The notes: a model not told the origin generated them from the sequence alone. 64,000 bases of DNA from a virus (IMGVR_UViG_3300025769_015023:1-64000), one strand, 5' to 3'; positions 17,398-27,347 are shown, counted from the first letter of the stretch. Translations and numbers: made by a program.

Positions 17398-18211
17398 CTT
17401 TGTTTAAAAAATCCACAAAAGGTAAAAACCATTCTAAATGTCTAGAGTCTGAAATGCAGACCTTTGGGAACGACCTAAACTTGTCATTCTTCTTTAACCA
17501 ATGTTGTTTTGATTTTATTCTTAAATGTAAAAACCATGCTTTTTCAAAAGTTTTTTCTTTGGGGTTGGTGAGTATGAGTTTTTCGCCCTCTTCGTTAAAC
17601 TCCATCGTTCTATAAATACTATCAGCACCAATTACTCGAAGATTTTTTTTAAAGCTATAATGTGATTGTTGCATAAAATCATAACTTATATCCTCTACTT
17701 TTCCTATACATTTTACTATGTTAGTACGATTGCCAAAAGTATATGCGAACGCAGGATGGGCTATATTTTTTAGATCAGCGTCAAACTTCCCTATCATATT
17801 AAACCAATTTAATGCTAATGGGGCTAGATTGGCCAAATTTAGAACCTCTGGGTCTTCAACGAAAAGAAATTCGTCGCAATTACAAAGCAGCATGTATTTT
17901 TCTTTAGAATTTTCTTTTACCCACTTTTTAAGCTCGGATAAACAAATACAAAAATCTTCGCTCTTATCAAGCCTGATGACTGTGTTGGGAATGTTAAACT
18001 GACTGTTATTATCTAGGATATATATGTTTTCTACGCCTAGAAACTTATACCAGTTTATAAAGTCTAAAACGTCATTTTCGACTACGCTTTTACTTTGATA
18101 AGCTACAGTACAAACGCAGCAATCCTTCATGAAGGATCTAATTGAAGCTATTTTTTTTTCTATATCCTCTATTCTCACCCTTAACCCTACACTAAGAAAA
18201 GAGAATATCAA
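17387..18211 (-). CDS. GT-A glycosyltransferase (GT2/GT92-like)
   Basis: FINWYKFLGVENIYILDNNS, CDEFL; paralog of 36427-37302. Confidence 0.7.
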   Translation of the reverse strand: MIFSFLSVGLRVRIEDIEKKIASIRSFMKDCCVCTVAYQSKSVVENDVLDFINWYKFLGVENIYILDNNSQFNIPNTVIRLDKSEDFCICLSELKKWVKENSKEKYMLLCNCDEFLFVEDPEVLNLANLAPLALNWFNMIGKFDADLKNIAHPAFAYTFGNRTNIVKCIGKVEDISYDFMQQSHYSFKKNLRVIGADSIYRTMEFNEEGEKLILTNPKEKTFEKAWFLHLRIKSKQHWLKKNDKFRSFPKVCISDSRHLEWFLPFVDFLNKDEL

Positions 18212-18241
18212 GTTTCGGTTATATTTTTTAAATAATTAAAT

Positions 18242-18526
18242 TTAAACAGTATACATCCCAGTGAAGGTTAAGGGTCTAAATCCAGCGTCTTGTACATCTG
18301 TATTAGTTGGAGTTAAACCAAATTGATCTAATTTTCTATAATACTCTCTACCAATGTGGTTTTGTAGTTCGGCTCTATCTGGAGCTAAACCAGTGTTAAA
18401 AAAACCAGTCATTTGACTTTGGTAGGAATCATCACCTGCTCCAGTAGCCATGAAATCACCAGAGATTTGACTCTGATGCATAACGCTTTGAAGATCGTTA
18501 AAATTATTAAAGCCAGTTAAGGGCAT
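18242..18526 (-). CDS. hypothetical protein
   Basis: 94-aa ORF. Confidence 0.65.
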   Translation of the reverse strand: MPLTGFNNFNDLQSVMHQSQISGDFMATGAGDDSYQSQMTGFFNTGLAPDRAELQNHIGREYYRKLDQFGLTPTNTDVQDAGFRPLTFTGMYTV

Positions 18527-18528
18527 TT

Positions 18529-19884
18529 TTAAATATCTCCATCAGCGGCTCTGTAGGCGTCTTTAACTTTTCCGCCTCTTTTCATTTTTAAGAACATATT
18601 AACACGAGCCATAGCCCATTGACCTCTTGTTTTACCTGGTCTGTGGGATCTAGAAAAAGCACCAGCGCCTCTTCTGTAAACTTTCTTTAGCTGTGATAAG
18701 GTTACTTTTCTAGCGTATTTCGAATTGTGTTCTTTAACTTTATTTTTCAAAGATTGCGTAACTTGCTCTGAAAATTTTATAGAAGGACCGCTTTTAGCTG
18801 CGCTGCCTTTTTTATTTTTAGAAGAACCACTTCTTCTCTCGCTTGGTTTTGCAGGTGTTTGAGCAGCCGATTTGGGGCCGCTTCTTTTAGCTGAAAACAA
18901 CTCAGAAAAATCTTCCTCTAGATGGCTTTTAGACTCAACCACATCATTAAAATCCATGACCTGATTGTATTCATCGTAAGTCATTTCGTATTCCGCTTTA
19001 GATTGCTTTTTAAGAATCGCTTTCTGTAAGGCGGGGGGAAGTTTTTTTTGTTTTTCACTCAAACCTTTCTTGGAGGGTTCTTCTTCGTTTTTATCCTCGC
19101 TCTTTTCTTTTTTGTCGTCTTCAGGTTTTTTGCCTTGCTTTTTAAGAATAGCTTTTTGAAGCGCTGGGGGGAGTTTTTTTTGCTTATCTGTTAAAGCCGC
19201 ATTGGAGTTATTGTAAACCATGTAATCATAAACAGCTTCTATAAAATGCTCTGACTTGGAAATTTTATCTTGAACCCAAGCCATCATGTTTGCTTCTGGC
19301 ATTTCTTTTAACATCATGGCTAGCTGAGTAGACTGTCTAGCGATCTTCATCATCTGAGTAGCAGCCATGCTGACCTCGTGATCATCGTAGTCCTCCATAT
19401 CGTAATCTGCTTTAGATTCAGAATCATGGCACTCGCATTCACAATCTGAGCCATCTTTGCAATCACATTTTTCACAATCGCATTCATTGGCCTGTGTAAT
19501 TTCTTCCTCAACGAACGCTAAATCAGGATGATCTGCTAGTAACTGATCATGATCGAAAAAAGTTTGCCCATCCCAATCCTCAGAACCTTTAGTGTAATCA
19601 GTTACTGATTTTTTAGCCTCCCACATTTTACAAGACCAGTAACGAGCTTTTGTTTTTGGCCCTGCGTTATCGCAGTTGTGACGAGCTCTGAAATTTTTTC
19701 TACGTTCTGGATCATCCCTTTTAATTTCCATGTTAGGATCGCCAAAGTTGACCTTTATTACATTACCTTTCTCGTTTTTTACATAAACAGAGAACTTTTT
19801 TGGGCCATTCGGAGTCCTGAATGGCTTATTCAGAGTCTTTTTTTCTTTAGCCTCTACGATCTGGGATGAAAAGTCTACGTTCAT
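18529..19884 (-). CDS. Modular phage protein, possibly virion-associated, with an internal KQKKLPPALQKAILKKQ repeat
   Basis: KKFSVYV..FGDP..RKNFRARHNC..ARYWSC module, Cys/Asp-rich patch, duplicated 17-aa motif, C-terminal KVYRRGAGAF..QWAMARVN module. Confidence 0.7.
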   Translation of the reverse strand: MNVDFSSQIVEAKEKKTLNKPFRTPNGPKKFSVYVKNEKGNVIKVNFGDPNMEIKRDDPERRKNFRARHNCDNAGPKTKARYWSCKMWEAKKSVTDYTKGSEDWDGQTFFDHDQLLADHPDLAFVEEEITQANECDCEKCDCKDGSDCECECHDSESKADYDMEDYDDHEVSMAATQMMKIARQSTQLAMMLKEMPEANMMAWVQDKISKSEHFIEAVYDYMVYNNSNAALTDKQKKLPPALQKAILKKQGKKPEDDKKEKSEDKNEEEPSKKGLSEKQKKLPPALQKAILKKQSKAEYEMTYDEYNQVMDFNDVVESKSHLEEDFSELFSAKRSGPKSAAQTPAKPSERRSGSSKNKKGSAAKSGPSIKFSEQVTQSLKNKVKEHNSKYARKVTLSQLKKVYRRGAGAFSRSHRPGKTRGQWAMARVNMFLKMKRGGKVKDAYRAADGDI

Positions 19885-19915
19885 TTTTATATATTACACT
19901 TTTATTGTATCAAAA

Positions 19916-20365
19916 TTACCCTAAATAATCATTATCTTCAATGAAAATTATATTTTTTATTAAATTAAATGTTATTTTAGGATCTTTATCAGTATTAATG
20001 ATTAAATCTGGCTCTCCTAATTCAAAATCTTTTACGTGGAACTCTTTTCTGAGGTCTCTGCTAGTATTTAAGCATATTTCTATCACATTATCTAAATTAT
20101 TGTTCTTTAGTTCGTCCCTTAGCTCTTTATAGGGGTTAACTAAGCATAGTATAATATCATTATTTTGTTTTTTATTTAAATAAGTTGCAACAGCATTCGC
20201 ATTTTTTATATTTTCTCTACGGCCTTCTTTGTTATAGCTAGAATTTGAGAACATGTCTCTAAAATCATCACCGTCTATAACAAATTCAGAGCCTAAAAAT
20301 TTAGCCATCATTGTTCCGATAGTGGTTTTACCTGATGCTGGCTGTCCATATAAAAGATAAATCAT
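19916..20365 (-). CDS. cysC: Adenylyl-sulfate (APS) kinase-like P-loop kinase
   Basis: GQPASGKTT, IDGDDFR, GRRENI, VNPYKELR. Confidence 0.8.
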   Translation of the reverse strand: MIYLLYGQPASGKTTIGTMMAKFLGSEFVIDGDDFRDMFSNSSYNKEGRRENIKNANAVATYLNKKQNNDIILCLVNPYKELRDELKNNNLDNVIEICLNTSRDLRKEFHVKDFELGEPDLIINTDKDPKITFNLIKNIIFIEDNDYLG

Positions 20366-20538
20366 TGTAAACCTTAGCTAGTAGTTTTATTTGTTTAACA
20401 AATGCTCCATTAACTCTTCGATATCTTCCGCAGTGTATGGGTAGAAATGCCTACACTCCGCAGTTTGTGATCCGAGAACGAACCCCAAAATACCAAAAAC
20501 CATAGCAGTTATGACTATCCATTCTTGATAAGTTGGCT

Positions 20539-20799
20539 TCATTCTTCAATACCAAGTCTGACTCTTTCAGCAAGTCTCCAAATTCTTTCATCGAAACTGG
20601 TTTTAACCCTGTACATTAAATATATATGTTTTTTAAATTTTTGATATTTTATAGAATCTATGGAGTAAAAATACTCTGAAACCAAAGACTCGTCATGAGG
20701 TGGATTGCACCAAGGGTCTTGGCCCATTTCTAACATAACTAACATAACATCTTCCCAATAGTGTTCTATTTTTTCATCACATGGGCGATAGGGTTTCAT
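20539..20799 (-). CDS. hypothetical protein
   Basis: 86-aa ORF. Confidence 0.55.
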   Translation of the reverse strand: MKPYRPCDEKIEHYWEDVMLVMLEMGQDPWCNPPHDESLVSEYFYSIDSIKYQKFKKHIYLMYRVKTSFDERIWRLAERVRLGIEE

Positions 20800-20800
20800 T

Positions 20801-21133
20801 CTATGAGTTATGATAGGCTTTTGCTTCTTCGTAATCCGAGTAGTGACTTCTAGGCTGCTCAGTTTCCCTAAATCTAGGCGGCATATACCTTGTGTAAAAA
20901 TCTCTTTGTTTTTTACAGGTAAGATGCTCGTAAGTTTCGGTACGGGGGCGAATGTGTTTATCTAAGAATATCTGTCTTTCTTGGCATTTTGCATGATCTT
21001 CTTCTGCCTTAATGTACTGTTCGTAAATCTCAAAGATCTTATTAACGCGAGGTCTGTTAGGTGAAACCCACCACGTTAACCGAAATAAAATTTTAAATAA
21101 AAATAATCTCACTTTACTTTCTCCCATACCCAC
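20801..21133 (-). CDS. hypothetical protein
   Basis: 110-aa ORF. Confidence 0.55.
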   Translation of the reverse strand: MGMGESKVRLFLFKILFRLTWWVSPNRPRVNKIFEIYEQYIKAEEDHAKCQERQIFLDKHIRPRTETYEHLTCKKQRDFYTRYMPPRFRETEQPRSHYSDYEEAKAYHNS

Positions 21134-22230
21134 ATAGGTTCTGCAAACTTACCAGCCTTTTTATTAAATGCTTTTGAGTTAGGTCTTTTTCTCATTTGAT
21201 ATCCAATACAACCATAATATCTCGAATCATTAAAAGAATCAAGAAAATCGTTCATTGGGTCGCATATTTTATTCACAGTGTGTTTTGCGTAAACATCGCT
21301 TATATTTAATACTAACTTACCGCCAATCTCTAGGCTTTGCCATGCATTATGTAATGACTTGAAAAGAAAATTCTCCAGCCAATCGTTAAGTTTTTTATAT
21401 TTTTTCCAAGATTGACTGTCTTCTTGAGTATATCTTTCTAAAGTATAGTAAGGTGGAGAAGTAAATACAAGGTCAAATTTTTTAGATTTCAAGCATACGT
21501 CTTCAGCGCAATTATTCAGAAGCTCTATACTCTTATTTTTTACAGATAGGTGATTGATTAGATCGTAATATTTAGGAAATAGATTAGAGTTGGGGTCTAT
21601 GCCAACGTAGCTAGAAGCATCACTAGCTAGAAACCCGCAAAGTCTATCGCCCCATCCTGAGCTAAAATCTAAAACATTCTTGGCATTAAAATAATTATAC
21701 ACCGCTTTTGCTGCGGACGGTCTGAATTGACTTGCTATATATTTTCTTAGAGCTATGCAATTTCTTAATATTTTAGAATTTACTTCTTTATATTTTAAAC
21801 TCCAGAGTGCATTAAGCATCGTAAGTCTAAATTTTTCTATCGTCCAAGTTCTGTAGGGGCTCGGCGCTGTGATGCTGTCGCATTTCCATCTTTCTTCCTG
21901 AAGAAAAAAGTCTGAGGTTTTGCTTCCCGTATTATTGCAAGATACTAGTAAGTCTGTGAAAAAATACTTAGATTTATAATCATAACGAGTAAACCATTTT
22001 TCTTTTAAAATTAAATTTTCGTTTTGTAATAATCTTAATTTATGAAACTCTGATCGCACTTCATCTAATCTTATTTCGCGCATAGGCATATTCAAATCAT
22101 GAATGCGAATTGCGTCTGAGATCATAATTTTTATGTCTTCTAAATCATAAACATTATTTAAATAGTCCCACTCTTGGGGGAGTATTAAAAGCTCTCCGTC
22201 TTTAATTGTAAGAGGGTTTTTAGAAAGCAT
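21109..22230 (-). CDS. Amino-DNA (N4-C/N6-A) methyltransferase
   Basis: LDFSSGWGDRL (motif I), GIDPN, FTSPPY (motif IV). Confidence 0.85.
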   Translation of the reverse strand: MLSKNPLTIKDGELLILPQEWDYLNNVYDLEDIKIMISDAIRIHDLNMPMREIRLDEVRSEFHKLRLLQNENLILKEKWFTRYDYKSKYFFTDLLVSCNNTGSKTSDFFLQEERWKCDSITAPSPYRTWTIEKFRLTMLNALWSLKYKEVNSKILRNCIALRKYIASQFRPSAAKAVYNYFNAKNVLDFSSGWGDRLCGFLASDASSYVGIDPNSNLFPKYYDLINHLSVKNKSIELLNNCAEDVCLKSKKFDLVFTSPPYYTLERYTQEDSQSWKKYKKLNDWLENFLFKSLHNAWQSLEIGGKLVLNISDVYAKHTVNKICDPMNDFLDSFNDSRYYGCIGYQMRKRPNSKAFNKKAGKFAEPMWVWEKVK

Positions 22231-22277
22231 TATTTTAGAGATAATACTATTAATATTTTTTCATATCAAGAAAATTA

Positions 22278-22979
22278 TTATTGTATCAACGTTCCCTTTA
22301 TATCTGTATACATATAGCTTGCATGAAGATGAGGCATTCTATTCATTATTCTGACTTTCATTTTATAGTCTCCTAACTTCATAACCTCTTCGATATTTCT
22401 GGTGCTTACTAAATTGGAGGTATCGATAGGCGAACCGAATGCGCTATCTACGACGTTCAAATCTGATGTGTTTTGATTAGTTGAATTTACCTCGCCTTTA
22501 ATGAAGTAGTTACCATACATTTCCGAAAACAAAAGAAGATCAAGTGGGTTGTAGCGTCTTACTCCAGATTTATTACTATGCTGATTAGGCTGATCTTTTA
22601 AGAATACTAGTTCATTAGTATCTGGATTCGTATACGATCTATTCATAAGCATACTCTCTATAACAAATGGCTGATTGGCACTCAGCCCAACCCTGCCGTT
22701 AGAGGTATAAGGATAAACCCAAAAAGTGTCTGTAGTGCTGACTTTTTTACCAGAAATAGTAACAGACCCAATTTCTGTAACCAAGTAAGGAGTACCTAAA
22801 GTATAAGATTTAGAAGTATTAGAATTACTGTCGAAACCTTTCTGTCTAGCTTTATTGCTATCAGGGTTTGGTACAAACTCATACGGTTTTACAACTGGGT
22901 TCCATAAAAACCTAGAAATCCCTTGACCGTTAAGATCGGTTAGTCCAGTTAATAATATTAAAATTATTAATAATCTCAT
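22278..22979 (-). CDS. secreted hypothetical protein
   Basis: N-terminal signal-like MRLLIILILL. Confidence 0.6.
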   Translation of the reverse strand: MRLLIILILLTGLTDLNGQGISRFLWNPVVKPYEFVPNPDSNKARQKGFDSNSNTSKSYTLGTPYLVTEIGSVTISGKKVSTTDTFWVYPYTSNGRVGLSANQPFVIESMLMNRSYTNPDTNELVFLKDQPNQHSNKSGVRRYNPLDLLLFSEMYGNYFIKGEVNSTNQNTSDLNVVDSAFGSPIDTSNLVSTRNIEEVMKLGDYKMKVRIMNRMPHLHASYMYTDIKGTLIQ

Positions 22980-23215
22980 CGTCCATCATCACCTATATCA
23001 AATTCTTTCATGAATTTTAAGTAATAAATAAATATTAATTCCGAAACTAATAAAAGAAATACAGCCTAGAAGGGTAAACTTTTTATTTATATTTTCTATC
23101 TCACAATCGAACTCTTCGGCGTCAATGTCCCATTTTTTAAGTTTTTTGGGCTGACTATACAAACGGTTCGACATATCTAGTATTACACCAAATGAATGAA
23201 TATTTGAAATAAAAT

Positions 23216-23620
23216 TTATCTACTAATTCTATGACTATCGCTATCTCTGTGGAAGGTGCTGACCTCTATGAATTCAACGTCTCCATCATAGGCTATGAGT
23301 TGATGCGGCTGGCCTCTGTCTATCTCAAGAGTGTCTCCTTCACTTAGAATTCGCGTAACTTTAACGCCGTCAATAGTGCAAATTAAATCTACTTGAAGTT
23401 GACCTTTTGTGATATAAAAAGTTTCATGTTTTTGTAGATGAAAATGTAAAGACGTGCTATATCCTTGATATATTTGTAAAATTTTACCGCAGTAATCTTC
23501 CAACGAGTTATTAGCAATCCATATCTCTCGGCCCCAGTCTTTTTCGACGATCTTAGCCTTAGCTAGCTTTTCAGCTTTACGCTGTCCTTCTCTCCAAATT
23601 TCGCCTCCGCTTTTTTTCAT
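23216..23620 (-). CDS. Cupin-domain protein (sugar isomerase-like)
   Basis: EKDWGREIW, YCGKIL, SLHFH.QKHETFY, PHQL..IEVST.H. Confidence 0.85.
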   Translation of the reverse strand: MKKSGGEIWREGQRKAEKLAKAKIVEKDWGREIWIANNSLEDYCGKILQIYQGYSTSLHFHLQKHETFYITKGQLQVDLICTIDGVKVTRILSEGDTLEIDRGQPHQLIAYDGDVEFIEVSTFHRDSDSHRISR

Positions 23621-23623
23621 TTT

Positions 23624-24211
23624 TTATTCTCCAAATTTGTAACCGAAGTACTCAATGTCTTTTGCGTATTTTTCCGCAACGATATCGCGTGTTTCATCAT
23701 CGTAGTATTCGGTGTAGTCTTTGTGTTCGCTTTTGTTTATGTGTGGAATTTTTTGTCGTGGAATGCCAATTTTGTCAGAGACAATGTTAACGTCTTCTTG
23801 AAAGTTTTCAACCCTGATCAGATGATCCACAATTACTTCATCATTTCTTACCAAATGTCTATATAATGGAGTCACATGCCATTTCACCACGGGACAAGAT
23901 ATATTATCGTGCTTTATTGCGTTAACATAACCAATGAAAGTGAGGCGTTCTGCTCTTTCCTTTTCCCAAAGAGCTTTCATGCGTCTCAAACCGCCTTTGT
24001 GGTAGGCGGACACAACTCTTGCCCACGGATTTCTAATTGAACTAAAAGAAAAATCAAATTTATTCAAATCAAAGGACTTGTATATTGGTCTATTTGAGTT
24101 GAAATTTATATTATCCTCATTGCCATTAGCCCAATAACCTTGAGTTACTCCTCCCATTTTTTGTGCAGTCTTAAAGTGTTTAACGATTGAGCTTGAGCCG
24201 CATTTAGGCAT
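23624..24211 (-). CDS. Sulfotransferase family 2 protein
   Basis: PKCGSSS, IRNPWARVVSAY, RVENFQED; true start may be a few codons upstream. Confidence 0.85.
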   Translation of the reverse strand: MPKCGSSSIVKHFKTAQKMGGVTQGYWANGNEDNINFNSNRPIYKSFDLNKFDFSFSSIRNPWARVVSAYHKGGLRRMKALWEKERAERLTFIGYVNAIKHDNISCPVVKWHVTPLYRHLVRNDEVIVDHLIRVENFQEDVNIVSDKIGIPRQKIPHINKSEHKDYTEYYDDETRDIVAEKYAKDIEYFGYKFGE

Positions 24212-24235
24212 TCTAATATATAAAATTTTTATTTT

Positions 24236-24859
24236 TTATTCTCCAAATTTGTAACCGAAGTACTCAATGTCTTTTGCGTAATTTTTAGCAACGATTTCGC
24301 GTGATTCGTCATCATAGTACTCGCTATAGTGTTTATGGTTAGTTTTATTTATATGCGGAAGCGTTTGTCGTTGAATCCATATTTTATCACAAACGGTATT
24401 AAAATCTTCTTGTAGGTTTTCGTATCTTCCAATAAAATCTATGTTATCATTAAGCCAATATAATTGGCCTTGATTATCGTGGTAACATTCGTTAAGGCAT
24501 GAGGAATTTGATTTGATAAAAGCTTTGAACCCCTTCTCTTTAATATCGCGTCCATAATCTTTTCTTGTTTGTAGTTTAGTATTTTGAGTCCACCAGCTAA
24601 AACAGGAAACCATTAAATCCCACGGGTTTCTAACAAAAGCAAAGCAAAAAAAGTTTTGATATTTCTCATCTAATTCATGCATCCTAGAATGCTTGATCGT
24701 CCATTCTAATGGATTTTTGACGTAATTTTGATGACGTTCGATTCTTTCTGGTAAACGATTGAAAGCTTCACCTTGAGATAATAAAGCCGATGCAAGGCTA
24801 GTGCCTCCAGTTTTAGGTATATGTATAAATGTTGTTTCGTATTGTTCGCTTACTAACAT
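24236..24859 (-). CDS. Sulfotransferase family 2 protein
   Basis: FIHIPKTGGTS, FVRNPWD..VS, FIGRYENLQED. Confidence 0.9.
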   Translation of the reverse strand: MLVSEQYETTFIHIPKTGGTSLASALLSQGEAFNRLPERIERHQNYVKNPLEWTIKHSRMHELDEKYQNFFCFAFVRNPWDLMVSCFSWWTQNTKLQTRKDYGRDIKEKGFKAFIKSNSSCLNECYHDNQGQLYWLNDNIDFIGRYENLQEDFNTVCDKIWIQRQTLPHINKTNHKHYSEYYDDESREIVAKNYAKDIEYFGYKFGE

Positions 24860-24885
24860 TATAAAAAATACCTTTTCAACTACTA

Positions 24886-25209
24886 TTATTTAGAGTTTTT
24901 TAAATCAAAAAGCTCGTCTCTTAATTTCGAATTTTCTTTACTCCAATAATCATTTATTGCATCAACTTGCTTTTCAAGCATTATTGAAAAATTCTTTTGA
25001 GCGAGATACATAGCCTTCCAATGATCTATCGCCATGCTTTTATTGATAGAATTAACTATATGCTTCTGTGATATCTCTTCACTTCTGTGTATTGAGGCTT
25101 GTATTTCTCTATCCCACTTGTAATGATAGTAGTGGCCTAAATAGCACATCCCAAGGCAAATCAAGCCAAGGAAAACAAAGAATCGTTCTTGTATTGTATA
25201 GTTTTTCAT
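24886..25209 (-). CDS. membrane-anchored hypothetical protein
   Basis: N-terminal TM helix. Confidence 0.6.
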   Translation of the reverse strand: MKNYTIQERFFVFLGLICLGMCYLGHYYHYKWDREIQASIHRSEEISQKHIVNSINKSMAIDHWKAMYLAQKNFSIMLEKQVDAINDYWSKENSKLRDELFDLKNSK

Positions 25210-25210
25210 T

Positions 25211-25591
25211 TTATCCAGCCAAAGCTCCTAATATCATAATGAAAATAAGCCCAAGGATTCCTAATCCAGAAATAACTAAAGTAGCTATTGCCGTGCTTAT
25301 TTTTTTTACGTTCTTGTCTTTGATAATTGCAATTGCAGCAACTACAGCGCTCACCAGTGCTCCAAAGCCACCAAGAAGCATAACCATACCGATTTTCCCA
25401 GCAGTTGCATCATCAATCTGAGTTTCAACTCCAGTTGCTTGTGCAGTTTGCGCTGCTTGAACTCCCAGTGATACAGCTTTAAAAAAGCCGTAAAAAGATA
25501 TTAATCCTGAGATCAAAGTTCCAACCAAAGACACAATACCAATGGTGCTGTGTTCGGTTGCTTCTTGTGTGGGGGTTATGTTATTTTGCAT
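25211..25591 (-). CDS. multi-pass membrane protein
   Basis: three hydrophobic helices. Confidence 0.65.
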   Translation of the reverse strand: MQNNITPTQEATEHSTIGIVSLVGTLISGLISFYGFFKAVSLGVQAAQTAQATGVETQIDDATAGKIGMVMLLGGFGALVSAVVAAIAIIKDKNVKKISTAIATLVISGLGILGLIFIMILGALAG

Positions 25592-25597
25592 TGTATT

Positions 25598-25807
25598 TTA
25601 ATTCAGTAACCTTGCTATCTCTTTAGCTAGACTGACTCTCATGGTGCTAGACTTTAAATCAAAATGTTGATTGTCTTCTAGGGTCTGTAATATTTTTTTC
25701 ACTTTAATCTCTGGCTCTTTTTTATCATAGATTTCTTCCAGAGTATCTTTTGTTATCAATTTTTTTTCGTAACATCTGTGGTATAAACCTTTTATCTTAT
25801 CACTCAT
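25598..25807 (-). CDS. hypothetical protein
   Basis: 69-aa ORF, TAATG coupling. Confidence 0.55.
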   Translation of the reverse strand: MSDKIKGLYHRCYEKKLITKDTLEEIYDKKEPEIKVKKILQTLEDNQHFDLKSSTMRVSLAKEIARLLN

Positions 25808-26745
25808 TAAAGTCTTGTTCTTATATGATCTCTTGTTATTTGAAAAAGTTTACTCTTATCGCCGTTGAGTCTCGCGTCAACCCATTCAGCATTATACAGT
25901 ACTCTGTTATTTAACAATTTCATTCCTTCTTTTAATACAGGGCAAAGCTTGTAGTTTTTTAAGCACGGAAAAAAATCTAAAAATTTTTTAAACCTTATTT
26001 TCAGGGAAACTTCTTTTAATTTTTCTATCTTCTTTTTAGAATTGATAGACTTGTCAATCTTATGAAGATTTCTTTGTAAGATCTCGGAGATGGCTGACTC
26101 GATGTCTTTTGAGTGCAGTTTTATGAATTTAGGCTTGTACTTGCGTACTATCTTACCTCTTTTAGCGCAGGTAGGTTTTTCTTTTAAGGACTTAGAATCC
26201 CAGACTTTTCTACCGTCTCCCTTCCATCGGGGGGATTTTTTGTTATTTCTAGACCCCTTTCGCCACTCTGTGCCAATTGTTTTTTGACGTTGAGCGGTGA
26301 TATAATAAAAAAATGTATTATTTTGTTTATAAAGAAAAGGTATTCCGTTTACTTTTTTGACTGGATATCTATGTCTTTTTAATGTTATAAACTGAGTTAT
26401 TCTTCCTATTTTTTCGCCAGCCTTTTCTTGCTCCGACTTGGTTGCTAATCTTAGGATGCCTTTAGATTGGCTTAGTATTCTTTCACAGTCTTCTTTTAAC
26501 AAATAATTATTCTGGTCTAGTTTTGTATTAAGCCCACCGTAATAATTACATTCTTTATTTGGGTCCGAAACTTTAAGAACCATTCTTGCCTTGCCTTCCA
26601 TTTCATTACGGGCAACTCTGTCGTAAAACCATTTCTTAGCGGATTTTACAGCAAGAAGTCTGGTGAGGGCTGTAACCTCTCTAACTTGTTTGTTTTTGTA
26701 GAATACCTTATATGTAGTAAAAGTATTCTCTTCTTCACCATTCAT
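25807..26745 (-). CDS. basic hypothetical protein
   Basis: 312-aa Lys/Arg-rich ORF. Confidence 0.65.
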   Translation of the reverse strand: MNGEEENTFTTYKVFYKNKQVREVTALTRLLAVKSAKKWFYDRVARNEMEGKARMVLKVSDPNKECNYYGGLNTKLDQNNYLLKEDCERILSQSKGILRLATKSEQEKAGEKIGRITQFITLKRHRYPVKKVNGIPFLYKQNNTFFYYITAQRQKTIGTEWRKGSRNNKKSPRWKGDGRKVWDSKSLKEKPTCAKRGKIVRKYKPKFIKLHSKDIESAISEILQRNLHKIDKSINSKKKIEKLKEVSLKIRFKKFLDFFPCLKNYKLCPVLKEGMKLLNNRVLYNAEWVDARLNGDKSKLFQITRDHIRTRL

Positions 26746-26772
26746 AATATGAATGATAATATTTTTCTAGAT

Positions 26773-27012
26773 CTAGTTCAAGTCTTTAATTTCAGACTTT
26801 AGGATTTTAAGGTGATGTACTATAAAACTATCGCCCTGTGCTTGAGATCCTTTATTTGCATATAACATTGCTTTCTTATAATTAAGATCTTCTAGCTCTG
26901 CTCTTTCTATGATTTGATCTAAAAGCTGCGTAATATTTTCTTTTTTACTTTTCATGAGTACTCCTTTAGCAAAATTTTTATAGTATCTTCTGGGCCTGTT
27001 ACTTTTTGACAC
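26773..27012 (-). CDS. hypothetical protein
   Basis: 79-aa ORF. Confidence 0.5.
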   Translation of the reverse strand: MSKSNRPRRYYKNFAKGVLMKSKKENITQLLDQIIERAELEDLNYKKAMLYANKGSQAQGDSFIVHHLKILKSEIKDLN

Positions 27013-27347
27013 ACGCCGTCTTTATTTTTAATTAAATTTAAATAAGCTTCATAATCATTTTCGTTCTTAAAAACCTTATCTCCAAAGTATATAATTTTAC
27101 TTTTAATAATATCTTCTTTAGACTCCTCAAGAACGTTGCCTATTGATGAAAATACTCCAATTGCACGAGAACAGATGCTGTGAGGGACTTGCTTTCTTAT
27201 CTCCGTGGAGTCATTACCTCCGACTAAATAAAACTTTTTATCCGCACACCAGCTTAAAAAAAAATACATAAAATCCGTAGTCATTGATTTTAATGGCGGC
27301 GTAAGAGTGCCGTCTACATTAAATAAAAATACCTTATCTTTTATCAT
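26952..27347 (-). CDS. Shortened HAD-family phosphomannomutase-like protein
   Basis: FLFNVDGTLTPP, LVGGND, IYFGDK..ENDY, VTGPEDT; 131 aa from ATG 27347. Confidence 0.65.
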   Translation of the reverse strand: MIKDKVFLFNVDGTLTPPLKSMTTDFMYFFLSWCADKKFYLVGGNDSTEIRKQVPHSICSRAIGVFSSIGNVLEESKEDIIKSKIIYFGDKVFKNENDYEAYLNLIKNKDGVCQKVTGPEDTIKILLKEYS

